Source of the DNA: Bacteroidota bacterium
GTDB lineage: Bacteria > Bacteroidota > Rhodothermia > Rhodothermales > Rubricoccaceae
Length of the DNA stretch: 51,443 nt
Direction: 5' to 3'
Assembly (NCBI GenBank): GCA_038744895.1
Contig: JBCDLV010000001.1
Span: 1 to 51,443, forward strand
Shown: in pieces, positions 1 through 8,645 of the stretch
Position numbering within the stretch: position 1 is the stretch's first letter
Layout of the letters: every line of letters begins with the position of its first letter
Position numbers and translations under genes: made by a program
Notes under the pieces: generated by a model
Seen by the model: only the letters and a program-made list of their open reading frames with translations
Told to the model about the DNA's origin: nothing
The model's database searches: none

Positions 1-217
1 TCCGGTTGTCTCCGGGAGGCCGCCCTCGAACAGGCGCTCCACGAACGTCGGCGCCTCGCCCGCGAGCCCGGCCAACTCGTGCTGCGAGAGCGGGTGGAGC
101 CGGAGCACCTCCATCCGACCGGCGAGCGAGTCGGAGAGGTGGGGTACGAGGAGGACGTTGGCCGACCCCGTGAGCAGGAATCGCCCCGGGGTCCGGTCGC
201 GGTCGACGGCCGACTTC
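1..217 (-). pseudogene. Internal fragment of an AAA_14/DUF4143-type ATP-binding protein (5'-truncated, runs off the window edge)
   Basis: Manual minus-strand translation gives KSAVDRDRTPGRFLLTGSANVLLVPHLSDSLAGRMEVLRLHPLSQHEL, the typical 'GRFLLTGS...ESLAGR' segment of this family. No Walker A/B lies upstream in this frame; it abuts a T9SS remnant. Not in the ORF track. Confidence 0.75.
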
Positions 218-580
218 GCCTGGTCCGGGCCGGTCCAGCACACGCGCGGGTCGGTCAACCGGAACCAGACGTTCGCCGCACCCGGTGCCCGCGAGGCCGT
301 CGCCACCGAGGCGGCGCCGGTCGGGCTCGACTTATCCGTCTACCCGAACCCGGTGCGGGACCGGGCCACGGTCGCCGTCGACCTCCCCGAAGTGGCAGGC
401 GTCCGGGCCGAGGTGTTCGACGCGCTCGGGCGGCGCGTGGCCACCGTCGAGGCGGGCCGCCTCGGGGCCGGGTTCCAGTCGGTGCCGCTCGACCTGGGCG
501 CTGTGCCGGCGGGCCTCTACATCGTCCGCGTGACGGTGGGCGGTGAGGTCGCCACGCAGACGATTACGGTCGTCCGGTAG
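212..580 (+). pseudogene. 3' remnant of a T9SS type A sorting (Por C-terminal) domain protein
   Basis: LSVYPNPVRDRATVAVDLP...VFDALGRRVATV...VPAGLYIVRV...TQTITVVR* is a canonical T9SS CTD. There is no signal peptide, and upstream of ~212 the frame is the antisense of the ATPase fragment. Confidence 0.75.
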
Positions 581-1007
581 TCTCAGGGCATCGTCCTGCG
601 CAGTGGGAGGAGACCGTTTCAGCCGGCCACCGACGTTAGGGCGCGACGATCGCTCACAATCAACGAGGGGGGTACAGGACATCCACTGCTCAGCGCTGGG
701 GCGGTATTGCTAGTCCGCCTCTCAGGTGGTAGCCTCCGTAAACCTCGTCCAGACGGCGACCTTCGGATCTATCATCAAGAGCACGACGTGGACCCTCGCC
801 GGCCATGCCCGACGGCAAAAAGAAGAAGGCTACGTTACCTCTCTTCGGCGACGCTCCCTCCCGCTTGGATCCGCACCCCCCTCCGAGGGCGCGCCCTACC
901 GAGGCCGATGCCGCCGTGCCAGCCTTGGCCAAGGTCCCCCGAAAGCCTCTCGGCTCGAACCGACGCCGAGCAGAGGAGGGGGGGCGTCCACCCCGGACGT
1001 CGGTGTC

Positions 1008-1190
1008 ATGCCTGACCCTTATCACCAGGGCCACATCTGCTTCCGGTGGGCCTCTGGCGACCAAGTCGGGTACTCGGCCCACATCGATCCCGATGTCAGC
1101 TTCGCCCTCAAGGTGGCGGCGACCCTCGGTGAAGACTCCTGGGGTACCAACGTCAACCAAGCGCTCCGAGACCTGAGGTACGGCGACTGA
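1008..1190 (+). CDS. Small hypothetical protein (60 aa) or 3' gene remnant
   Basis: ATG at 1008, GC3-rich codons, MPDPYHQGHICFRWASGDQVGYSAH...; stop lies 4 bp before the next ATG (1195). Confidence 0.4.
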   Translation: MPDPYHQGHICFRWASGDQVGYSAHIDPDVSFALKVAATLGEDSWGTNVNQALRDLRYGD

Positions 1191-1194
1191 CGCC

Positions 1195-3504
1195 ATGGCG
1201 GACTACGACTTCCGGACGCTCTCGCCGATCGACTTCGAGCACCTCGTCCGGGACCTTCTCGCGGCGGAGTGGGACGCCCCCGTCGAGTCCTTCGCGCCCG
1301 GGCCGGACGGCGGCATCGACCTCCGCCACACCGACGCCGAGGGCGCCGTCACGATCGTCCAGTGCAAGCACTACGCGGGGTCCCGATTCGACCGGCTGCT
1401 CAGGGACGTCCGCGCGGAGGCCCCGAAGGTCGAGATCCTGGACCCCGACCGCTATGTCCTCGTAACGTCCAAAGACCTCACGCCTCCCAACAAGAAGGCG
1501 CTCGGAGACGCTCTCGGCCGCGAGGCGACGATCCTAGGCCGGGGCGACCTCAACGGCCTCCTCGTGCGGTACCCCGAGGTGGAGCGCCGCACGGTCAAGC
1601 TCTGGCTCGCGTCGAGCGCCGTGCTCGACCGTATCGTCCACTCCGACATCCTCGTCCGCTCTCAGACCACGGCCGACGCCCTCCGAAACACTCTCAGGCT
1701 CTACGTCCAGGGCCGATCCCATGCCAAGGCGCAGGCCATCCTCCGCGACCTCCACTACTGCGTCATCGCAGGCGCTCCGGGGATCGGGAAGACGACCCTC
1801 GCTCAGGTCCTTGTCGCTGACCACGTGGCCCGCGGGTACGAGCTGGTCCACGTCCGAGGGCACGTCGCGGAGGCCCTCCGTGTCCTCCGGCCCGAGCGCA
1901 GGCAAGTCGTCTACTACGACGACTTCCTCGGCCAGACCGCTCTCCGCTCCAAGCTGGAGAAGAACGAGGACGCCGACCTCTTGGATCTCATCGAGGCCGT
2001 CCGCCGCAGCGACTACACCCGGTTCCTCCTCACGACCCGCGAGTACATCCTCAACCAGGCGAAGCGCGACTTCGAGCGGCTCGCCACCTCGGAGTTCGAC
2101 TGGCGACGGTGCACCGTCGACCTCGCTAGCTACTCCCGCCTCCACCGCGCCGAGATCCTCTACAACCACCTCTACTTCGCCGACCTCCCCCAGGCGTACC
2201 GCGACGCCCTCCTCGCCGACCGCTCGTACCTCCGCATCATCGACCACCCCGGCTACAACCCCCGCATCATCAGCTGGATGACGACGCACCTCCGGACCGC
2301 GCGCGTCCCCGCCGAGGCCTACCCAGAGGAGTTCGTCGGGACGCTCGACGACCCCGACCGCCTCTGGCGGCATGCCTTCGAGCGCCAGATCTCGGACGCG
2401 GCCCGGTCCCTCCTCTGGACGCTGGTCACCCTCCCAGACCGCACGGACCTCGACGTCGCGAGCGCGGCCTTCGGCGCGCTCCACAAGGCCCGGGTCGGGC
2501 CGCAACCCTCCGGTCTCCTCTCGGCGTTCGACGACGCCCTCCGCGAGGTCGAGGGCACCTTCGCGCTCTCGACCCAGGGAGACGGCCGGCGCCCCGTGGT
2601 CTCCCTCCAATCCCCCTCTGTGCGCGACTTCCTCGAGGCCCGCCTCCGGGAGGCGCCCCGCCTGGCGTCCGAGCTCGCGGCGGCGGCCGTGTCGTTCGAG
2701 CAGGTCTCCTACCTCCACTCAAACGGGCTCGCGCCGCCGGACGCGACCTGGCCCGCGCTCGCCCGAACGTTCGACGGCCCCGCCCCCACACAGGGCGTCA
2801 CGTCGTTCGGCCCCGAACTCCTCGGGAGCACGACGCGGACCGGCGGGGTCGACCGCCCGGACCGACTGCGCTACATGGTCCTCGCCGCGTGCGAGGTGGG
2901 GGAAGGGCGCCTCTCGTCGGATGCCGAGGCCGCCCTCGAAGCGGCAGTGACGACGCTTCTCGGCGTCTCCTCGCCGCGGTCGGACACCCTCCACGAGCTG
3001 GTCCAGGCCGTCGCGGCCCGCCCGGCCATCGACCGCGTGCACGGCGACGCCCTCCGAGCCTTCGCGCACGCCCGCCTCGGTGACGACATCGACGAGCTCT
3101 CGGACGTCGACCGCTACCTCGCGTTCTACGACGCGTTCATGTGCGCGCCGAAGTACACGGACGCCTACTGGGACGCCCAGGACGTCTTTGAGTCCGTGCG
3201 TGATCGGTTCATCGCTGAAGTCGGCCCTGGCGTCGAGTGGATCGGAGACCACGGCGAGGAGACGACCCCCGAGGAGATCGAGGCGTACGACGAGGTGCTC
3301 CAGGAGACCGCCGGCCGCCTCGACGTCCCGATCCCGGGGACATGGTCGGTCGCGCTGGACCGGGGCCTCGAAACCGCGAAGGAGGCCGAGGAGAAGGCCT
3401 GGCACGACGCCGACGAGTACGGGGGACGCAGCCCATCGCCCCGCGCGACCCGTCCCGTCGGGGACGCTGTCATCCACGCCATGTTCGCATCCCTGCGAGC
3501 CTAG
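1195..3504 (+). CDS. Mrr-like restriction endonuclease fused to an nSTAND3-type STAND NTPase (candidate antiphage sensor-effector)
   Basis: N-terminus LSPIDFEHLVRDLL...GPDGGIDL...IVQCKHY (Mrr/PD-(D/E)XK); Walker A GAPGIGKT; Walker B VVYYDDFLG; FLLTTREYIL; YNPRII; acidic helical C-terminus. Confidence 0.85.
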   Translation: MADYDFRTLSPIDFEHLVRDLLAAEWDAPVESFAPGPDGGIDLRHTDAEGAVTIVQCKHYAGSRFDRLLRDVRAEAPKVEILDPDRYVLVTSKDLTPPNKKALGDALGREATILGRGDLNGLLVRYPEVERRTVKLWLASSAVLDRIVHSDILVRSQTTADALRNTLRLYVQGRSHAKAQAILRDLHYCVIAGAPGIGKTTLAQVLVADHVARGYELVHVRGHVAEALRVLRPERRQVVYYDDFLGQTALRSKLEKNEDADLLDLIEAVRRSDYTRFLLTTREYILNQAKRDFERLATSEFDWRRCTVDLASYSRLHRAEILYNHLYFADLPQAYRDALLADRSYLRIIDHPGYNPRIISWMTTHLRTARVPAEAYPEEFVGTLDDPDRLWRHAFERQISDAARSLLWTLVTLPDRTDLDVASAAFGALHKARVGPQPSGLLSAFDDALREVEGTFALSTQGDGRRPVVSLQSPSVRDFLEARLREAPRLASELAAAAVSFEQVSYLHSNGLAPPDATWPALARTFDGPAPTQGVTSFGPELLGSTTRTGGVDRPDRLRYMVLAACEVGEGRLSSDAEAALEAAVTTLLGVSSPRSDTLHELVQAVAARPAIDRVHGDALRAFAHARLGDDIDELSDVDRYLAFYDAFMCAPKYTDAYWDAQDVFESVRDRFIAEVGPGVEWIGDHGEETTPEEIEAYDEVLQETAGRLDVPIPGTWSVALDRGLETAKEAEEKAWHDADEYGGRSPSPRATRPVGDAVIHAMFASLRA

Positions 3505-3528
3505 CGCTCGCAGCGCGGCGGCCTGCAC

Positions 3529-5733
3529 TTAGTCCGCCTCGTCCGCGGTAGCCGCGTGGTCCGTCATCCGCTCTCGCTCGGCTGGGGCCAGGGCCGGAGA
3601 GGTTCGCGCCCTCTCATGGAGCGATGCCAGGCGGGACCGGGACACCTGGACCGGGACGCCGGCGAGGGCGGCGCAGTAGTACGTGTCCAGCGCCGCCGCA
3701 GGCAGCGCCTCCACCGCCTCGTCGAGGGAGCCGTACCGGGACGTCAGGAAGCCCTCGAAGTCCGCCACCGCCTCGGTGAGCGCGTCCGGCCCCGCGCCGC
3801 CAGGCGCGTCACACAAGACGTACTCGAAGTACACGGCCGAGTTCAGCAGCCACAGACGGAGCGGGTCCTCGGCGCGCAGGAGCCCCTTGGCCTTGTCGAG
3901 CTGGCTCCGGGCGTCGTTCTCGAACTTGTCCGTGGAGGGGCCGCCTGGCGAACGGCTCCGGATCGCGATCTCCGCCCGCGTCACTCGGTTGGCGGCCATC
4001 TCCACGGCGAGCCGGGCGTCGTCCTCGCGACCGGCATCGCGCAGGTTCGCCACGATCCTCGCTGCCCGGTCCAGCAGCCCCGGCTTGTACGTCTTCCGCT
4101 CGGCCACCGCAGACAGCAGGCTGGCCTCGGGGATGCGCGGGAGCGACGACTCCTCCGAGGCGGCGAAGGCGTGGTCGCAGTACGTACGGGCATTCGACCA
4201 TTGGCCACACGTCGCACACGCGAAGGCCGCCGCCAGGAACCGCTCGTACGCATCGTCTCCGGCTCCCGTCCCGTCGGCGTCGAGCGATTCCGTCAACGCA
4301 CGGATGCGGTCACTCACGTCCGACCACCGGACCGTCGAGCTCCCGCGGACGAACTCGTAGAGGTCTCGGCCCGGTCCCGCCCGCTCAAAGCGGAGCTCGT
4401 AGGGCACGCCCTGGTCCGTCCTCACCTCCTGATCGGAATCGAACAGCTGCTCCGTGCTCTCCGTCAGCAGGGACCCGCTGATCGCCAGCACGTCCACCCG
4501 CGTGCTCCACACCGACAGATCCACCGCCCGCTCGTGCCGCGAGAGGAAGCCGACCAGCTGCGACCGCAGCTCGCGGATCTCTCCCTTCTCGGGGGGCACC
4601 GCTCCCTGAGAGGCCTCGGCCTCCTTCGCCGCACTGTACTCCTCCCGGACCACGCTCATGGCGAAGTAGTCCGTCCACCGACTCCGCAGCTTGTCCGCCC
4701 GATCCTCGAGCCACCACTCCCGGACCCCCAGCGCACGCAGCGGCTCGTCGTGCGCGCGCGCGTCCTGGCCCGTGAGCGACCCGTAGGTCTGGCGGATCGA
4801 CTCGACGGTCTTCGCGAACTGCTTGAGGTCGTCCATGTGGCCCTTCCGGAGCGCCGCCGTCGCCATCGCGAACGCCCGGACGTGCACGACGGGGGGATGC
4901 GGGTGCTTCTTCGACTTGTGCAGCTTCCGCTCCGCCACGTCGACCATCGTCGTGCTCCGGGTGATCAGCGTCGCCGATGCGTACTTCGGCTTCAGCCGGA
5001 CCCGGTGGAGCAACTCGAGCGCGGCGCCGTCGCGCTGGGCGTTCCCCAGCCTGGCCCCACTCGAATCACGCTTGAGCAGGCGGAGGCGGTGGATCTCCTT
5101 CCCCAGCGCCCGCCGGAAGTCGACATCTGGCTGGCTGAGGTCGTCGGGGTCCACCCGGCTATGGAACGCCGCGACTCTAGAGTCGCGGAGCAACGAGCGC
5201 AGCCGCATCCAGGTCTCACGGTCCCACCCCGGGCGGAGCGCCCAAAGCACGTGGCTCGCCACCGGCTCCAGCTCTTCCCGCAACGACGACCAGCCGCCCT
5301 CCCGGCCTGCGGCCTCGAGCAACTCGTCGACCGCGCTCTCGGTCTCTTTGACACGCTGGGCGATCTCCTCCTGCTCACGCTTCCGTTCCACCCGGACGGT
5401 CGCCCCCATCACATGGTGGAGGTACCCCGTAAACTCCAGTTGGTGAGGCGGGAGGAGGGCCGGCTCGTAGTCGAACAGCTGGGCGAGGGTCCCGTACTGA
5501 GAGGCCCGCTCGATGTCGCCCGCCGCGTCGCCGAGCGCGTTGAAGTGCGCCGCGTCGGAATCGTCGAGCTCGATGAACGCCCGAACTTCGGAGAAGTCCA
5601 CGAAGAGGACGCTGGGCGGCCCGCTCTTCATGGCGCGTTTCGCGTACGCCCGTGCGTGGGCCACGTCGCGGCTCAACGAGTGGATGCTCGTCAGGAACCG
5701 TTGCTCGTCGATGGGCAGGGAGGAGGGGCTCAT
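3529..5733 (-). CDS. Hypothetical protein (734 aa), PIN-like N-terminal domain and helical/TPR-like C-terminus
   Basis: ATG at 5733 overlaps the upstream stop (ATGA). Motifs VLFVDFSEV, LLPPHQLEF, NAQRDGAALELL and ATLITRS resemble the PIN acidic pattern; Ala/Leu-rich helical C-terminal third. Confidence 0.7.
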   Translation of the reverse strand: MSPSSLPIDEQRFLTSIHSLSRDVAHARAYAKRAMKSGPPSVLFVDFSEVRAFIELDDSDAAHFNALGDAAGDIERASQYGTLAQLFDYEPALLPPHQLEFTGYLHHVMGATVRVERKREQEEIAQRVKETESAVDELLEAAGREGGWSSLREELEPVASHVLWALRPGWDRETWMRLRSLLRDSRVAAFHSRVDPDDLSQPDVDFRRALGKEIHRLRLLKRDSSGARLGNAQRDGAALELLHRVRLKPKYASATLITRSTTMVDVAERKLHKSKKHPHPPVVHVRAFAMATAALRKGHMDDLKQFAKTVESIRQTYGSLTGQDARAHDEPLRALGVREWWLEDRADKLRSRWTDYFAMSVVREEYSAAKEAEASQGAVPPEKGEIRELRSQLVGFLSRHERAVDLSVWSTRVDVLAISGSLLTESTEQLFDSDQEVRTDQGVPYELRFERAGPGRDLYEFVRGSSTVRWSDVSDRIRALTESLDADGTGAGDDAYERFLAAAFACATCGQWSNARTYCDHAFAASEESSLPRIPEASLLSAVAERKTYKPGLLDRAARIVANLRDAGREDDARLAVEMAANRVTRAEIAIRSRSPGGPSTDKFENDARSQLDKAKGLLRAEDPLRLWLLNSAVYFEYVLCDAPGGAGPDALTEAVADFEGFLTSRYGSLDEAVEALPAAALDTYYCAALAGVPVQVSRSRLASLHERARTSPALAPAERERMTDHAATADEAD

Positions 5734-6710
5734 GGCTCGGGGGCGCCGTCGTCCGGCGCAGAGTCCGTCCACCCCGGAGCCCCGGGGGGCGGCTCGTCGG
5801 GGAACACGAACGCCGTCATCGACTCCTCCAGGGTGGCCCCCACGCTCTCCGCGTTGACGGTCTCTGCCCGGTCCGCGGGGAGGCGGGCCGGGTACGACCG
5901 GTTCTCGCTGCTGATCCGGCTCTCGAGGAACCGCGTGAGCAGGAAGGTCTCGCCCGTGGCGTCGCCGCTGTACGGGAGGAGGCTGAAGACGCGCGTCGGA
6001 CCTTGGAAGAGGATCGCGTACACCGCCTCCCACAGGTCGTCATCGAGGCCCGCAAGGGACTCCGCCAGGACGGCCTCGCCCACGGCGACGGCCCACTCGT
6101 CGAAGTACGCCGGGCGGTGGGGCACCGCCCCACGCCGCACGTCGTGGAACAGTCGGGCCGACCAGAACGGCCACCACGTGGGCCTCGCACGGCACAGGAT
6201 GCGTGTCGTGAGGTAGGGGAAGCGCTCGTACGTCAGGTCGGCGTCGTACAGCCGAAGCGCGAGGCTCGGGGTCGGGTGGGTCCTGACCAGCGGCGCGATG
6301 GAGTCGAGGATCTCGCCGATCGAGGGGACGTGGAGCGCTCGCCGACGGAGGGGAGAGCATAACGTGACCACCGAGTCGACCAGGGGCCGGAGGGCCTCGA
6401 CGCAGTGGACCTCGGCGGCCACGTACGCCAGTCGCTCTAGCCCGCGCTCCACGCCGGGGCGCTCCAGCGTCTCCGAGGCGATCGCGAGGCTCAACGCCCG
6501 CTCGAACCTGAACTGCCCCTCGACGCTCAGGTCCGGGTGCTCGTACGCCGCCCGGTACGCCTCGGCCGCCCCGTGCCACGCCGGCGTCCACCGACCGTCG
6601 ACCGAGATCGGGCTGAACACGTCCTCGAACGCGAACCGTTTGAGGAACACGAGCAGCTCGTCCGGGCTCGACGCCTCCAGGATCTCGTGGTTTCGAATCG
6701 GGAGTGCCAT
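5730..6710 (-). CDS. Hypothetical, predominantly alpha-helical protein (326 aa)
   Basis: ATG at 6710 (MALPIRNHEIL...), 4 bp after the upstream stop; coding-like codon bias; no catalytic motif recognised. Confidence 0.75.
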   Translation of the reverse strand: MALPIRNHEILEASSPDELLVFLKRFAFEDVFSPISVDGRWTPAWHGAAEAYRAAYEHPDLSVEGQFRFERALSLAIASETLERPGVERGLERLAYVAAEVHCVEALRPLVDSVVTLCSPLRRRALHVPSIGEILDSIAPLVRTHPTPSLALRLYDADLTYERFPYLTTRILCRARPTWWPFWSARLFHDVRRGAVPHRPAYFDEWAVAVGEAVLAESLAGLDDDLWEAVYAILFQGPTRVFSLLPYSGDATGETFLLTRFLESRISSENRSYPARLPADRAETVNAESVGATLEESMTAFVFPDEPPPGAPGWTDSAPDDGAPEP

Positions 6711-6714
6711 GGGA

Positions 6715-7617
6715 TCAGGGGGCGAGGAGGGCGACCACCCGGTCGGTGTGGTGGGTCGTCCAGGTCGACCGGTAGGCACGCGGGAAGTCGCCGTCCAGCC
6801 GGAGCAGGTTCTCATGGAGGATGCCGATCGGCCGCCACCGGAACCGCTCCGTGAACGGGATCGGGGCGTGTACGAACTCCACCCCGCCGTGGGTGCACGT
6901 CGGGACGTGGAGCGCGTGGGTGCACTCCTCGTCGCCCTCCACGCACAGGCACCCCGCCAGCCCCCCGTCCAGGCTCGTCGGCTGGTGCGTGTCCCCTTCG
7001 TCTACCTCCCCGGCCGGGTACTCGATCGCGATCGCCATCCACCCAGGCTGAAAATGAGCCAGTCCCAGACGGCCGCACACCGCCCGCGCGCTCGACGAGG
7101 CCGCGGCGACCTCCCCCTTGTGCGTCGCGAACACCACCGGCCGCGGCGCCGTCAGCTCCGCCTCCTCACGGAGGTCGCCCGCCGCGACGCGCCCCCCCGT
7201 CCGCAGGTAGCGCCGGGCGATCAGATCGGTCAGGTCGTGCCGGTCGCGTCCCCGCCCCTTCCCGGCACTGAACCGGATGAGGTGCTTGTTGACGTCGTCC
7301 CCCGACGAGACGCGGGCGACGCCGTCGGAGAGGGGGTGGGGGTGACCCAGGCGCGCGAAGTGGAACGGGTCCGAGGCGTCGTTGTCCACCTGCTCCAGCG
7401 CCTTGTCGAAGGCCTCGGCCGCCCATGCCGGGTGCGGGTCGTCCCGGGTCAACCATACCCGCACGGCCTCGCCGAACGCCCGTTCCAGCACCTCGTCCGT
7501 CGGGCGCGTGAACCGGTCGTGGTCCACGTCGAACGCGAGGTCGTTCAGACGTCGAGGCCCCCCCTCGCTCAGGAGGAAGAGCTCGAGGTACTCGGAAACG
7601 ACGTCGGGTGGATACAC
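6715..7617 (-). CDS. Hypothetical protein (300 aa), possible divergent ADP-ribosyltransferase/NADase-like fold
   Basis: Probable GTG start at 7617 (MYPPDVVSEYLELF...). Motif string ARVS...VVFAT...RLGLAHF...IEYP...PTSLDGG...GGVEFVHAPIP. The fold assignment is inference. Confidence 0.65.
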   Translation of the reverse strand: MYPPDVVSEYLELFLLSEGGPRRLNDLAFDVDHDRFTRPTDEVLERAFGEAVRVWLTRDDPHPAWAAEAFDKALEQVDNDASDPFHFARLGHPHPLSDGVARVSSGDDVNKHLIRFSAGKGRGRDRHDLTDLIARRYLRTGGRVAAGDLREEAELTAPRPVVFATHKGEVAAASSSARAVCGRLGLAHFQPGWMAIAIEYPAGEVDEGDTHQPTSLDGGLAGCLCVEGDEECTHALHVPTCTHGGVEFVHAPIPFTERFRWRPIGILHENLLRLDGDFPRAYRSTWTTHHTDRVVALLAP

Positions 7618-7948
7618 GACGGGAGTGCAGGTCGCGGGGTGCAAGGGTACGACTCCGAAGGGATACAAGCACGCGGCAACGTCTGTCTTTTTCTGAGCAA
7701 CGCAATCCCTGGCGCCTCGGCTGGCGGCACGACGCGTCAGGACAGCGCCCACCGGGGGGGAGACGGCCCACGACAACCAACACCTCGTGCTCCTGGCCGC
7801 AAGGCCGTCGGGCCGCGTCGCGGCCCTCGCACGCGCCCGCCGAGGCGGGCGGCCTGGCCCCCGGTCCGCGCGGCGTGGGCGTCGCAAGCGTGCGCCGTCG
7901 GCGCTCCCCCGGCTCGGCCGGTGGCCCCGTTCCCTTCCGCGTCTCGCC

Positions 7949-8176
7949 ATGCTCCACCCGTTCCTCTCCGGCCCCGTCGTCCAGCGTCTCCTCACCGTTT
8001 CCGGTCCTCTCGCGCTCTACACGCCTCTCGCCGGTCTCCTCGCGTGGGGCTCCGTCTCGCTCGGTCGGCACTCCCCGGGCGGGGTCGTCTGCGGCTTGTT
8101 GGCGGTGCTCGTCGGCGTCATCGTCGCCCACGAGATTCGCTACCTCGTCACGGGTCGCTGGCCTCGGCGCCCATGA
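7949..8176 (+). CDS. Small membrane protein (75 aa, two hydrophobic segments)
   Basis: MLHPFLSGPVVQRLLTVSGPLALYTPLAGLLAWG...GVVCGLLAVLVGVIVAHEIRYLV; ATG follows a pyrimidine-rich spacer. Confidence 0.55.
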   Translation: MLHPFLSGPVVQRLLTVSGPLALYTPLAGLLAWGSVSLGRHSPGGVVCGLLAVLVGVIVAHEIRYLVTGRWPRRP

Positions 8177-8573
8177 TGGCCGTTCGGGGCTGTTCGCGTT
8201 TCCCGATAAGCGTGTCCGCAGCAGGCCGCTCGCCGCGACGCCAACCCGTGGGAAGCAGGGCATCCTGGCCGAATCAGGTCCGGGCATGAGGTCACGCCGA
8301 CGATGGGCCACGACACGGCCGGGTGAGCCGAGCACGCGTTGTCCCGCGACTCGGACAGCGGCCAACGGTGGCGTGCGGCGGCACCCGGGATCGGGGCGAT
8401 AAGACACTCGGGCACGGCTCGGGTCTCGCAAGGGACGCCGGGCCTGCGCGCGTGTCCGCGCGCGGACGGCACGGCTCCGTCCTCGCCATGCTCCGGCCGT
8501 CGGCTCCGCCTCGGCCCTGCGCGTGGCTCCGGGCGGCCCGTGCGCTTCCCCTGCGCCGCGCCTCGGAGGTCGG

Positions 8574-8627
8574 CGTCGCCCCCGCTCCGGGGCGCCTCCG
8601 TCGCCCCCGCTCCGGGGCGCCTCCGTC
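8574..8627. repeat. Tandem direct repeat, 2 x 25 bp plus 4 bp
   Basis: CGTCGCCCCCGCTCCGGGGCGCCTC at 8574-8598 and 8599-8623, followed by CGTC. Confidence 0.9.
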
Positions 8628-8645
8628 TCCACCCGCCTCGCCCGC

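Noticed and set aside
690-880. Minus-strand peptide ending VYGGYHLRGGLAIPPQR, resembling an outer-membrane protein tail
   Set aside because: Too short, no start or family motif; cannot be supported.
5734-6033. N-terminal 100 aa of the 834-aa ORF call
   Set aside because: Overlaps the upstream gene out of frame; the ATGA-coupled ATG at 5733 is the better start.
3556-6216. 886-aa plus-strand ORF, and similar long ORFs at 6298-8289, 12614-14884, 28987-30597 and 29228-31009
   Set aside because: Antisense or off-frame shadows of real genes in high-GC DNA; Arg/Pro/Gly-rich with no motifs.
8195-8215. CCCGATAA half-sites here and near 19710 as partners of the loxP-like site
   Set aside because: Only one arm is present, with no inverted partner at 6-8 bp spacing.
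8574-8627. Possible CRISPR or iteron array
   Set aside because: Only two adjacent units, no spacers, and no cas or rep gene seen.
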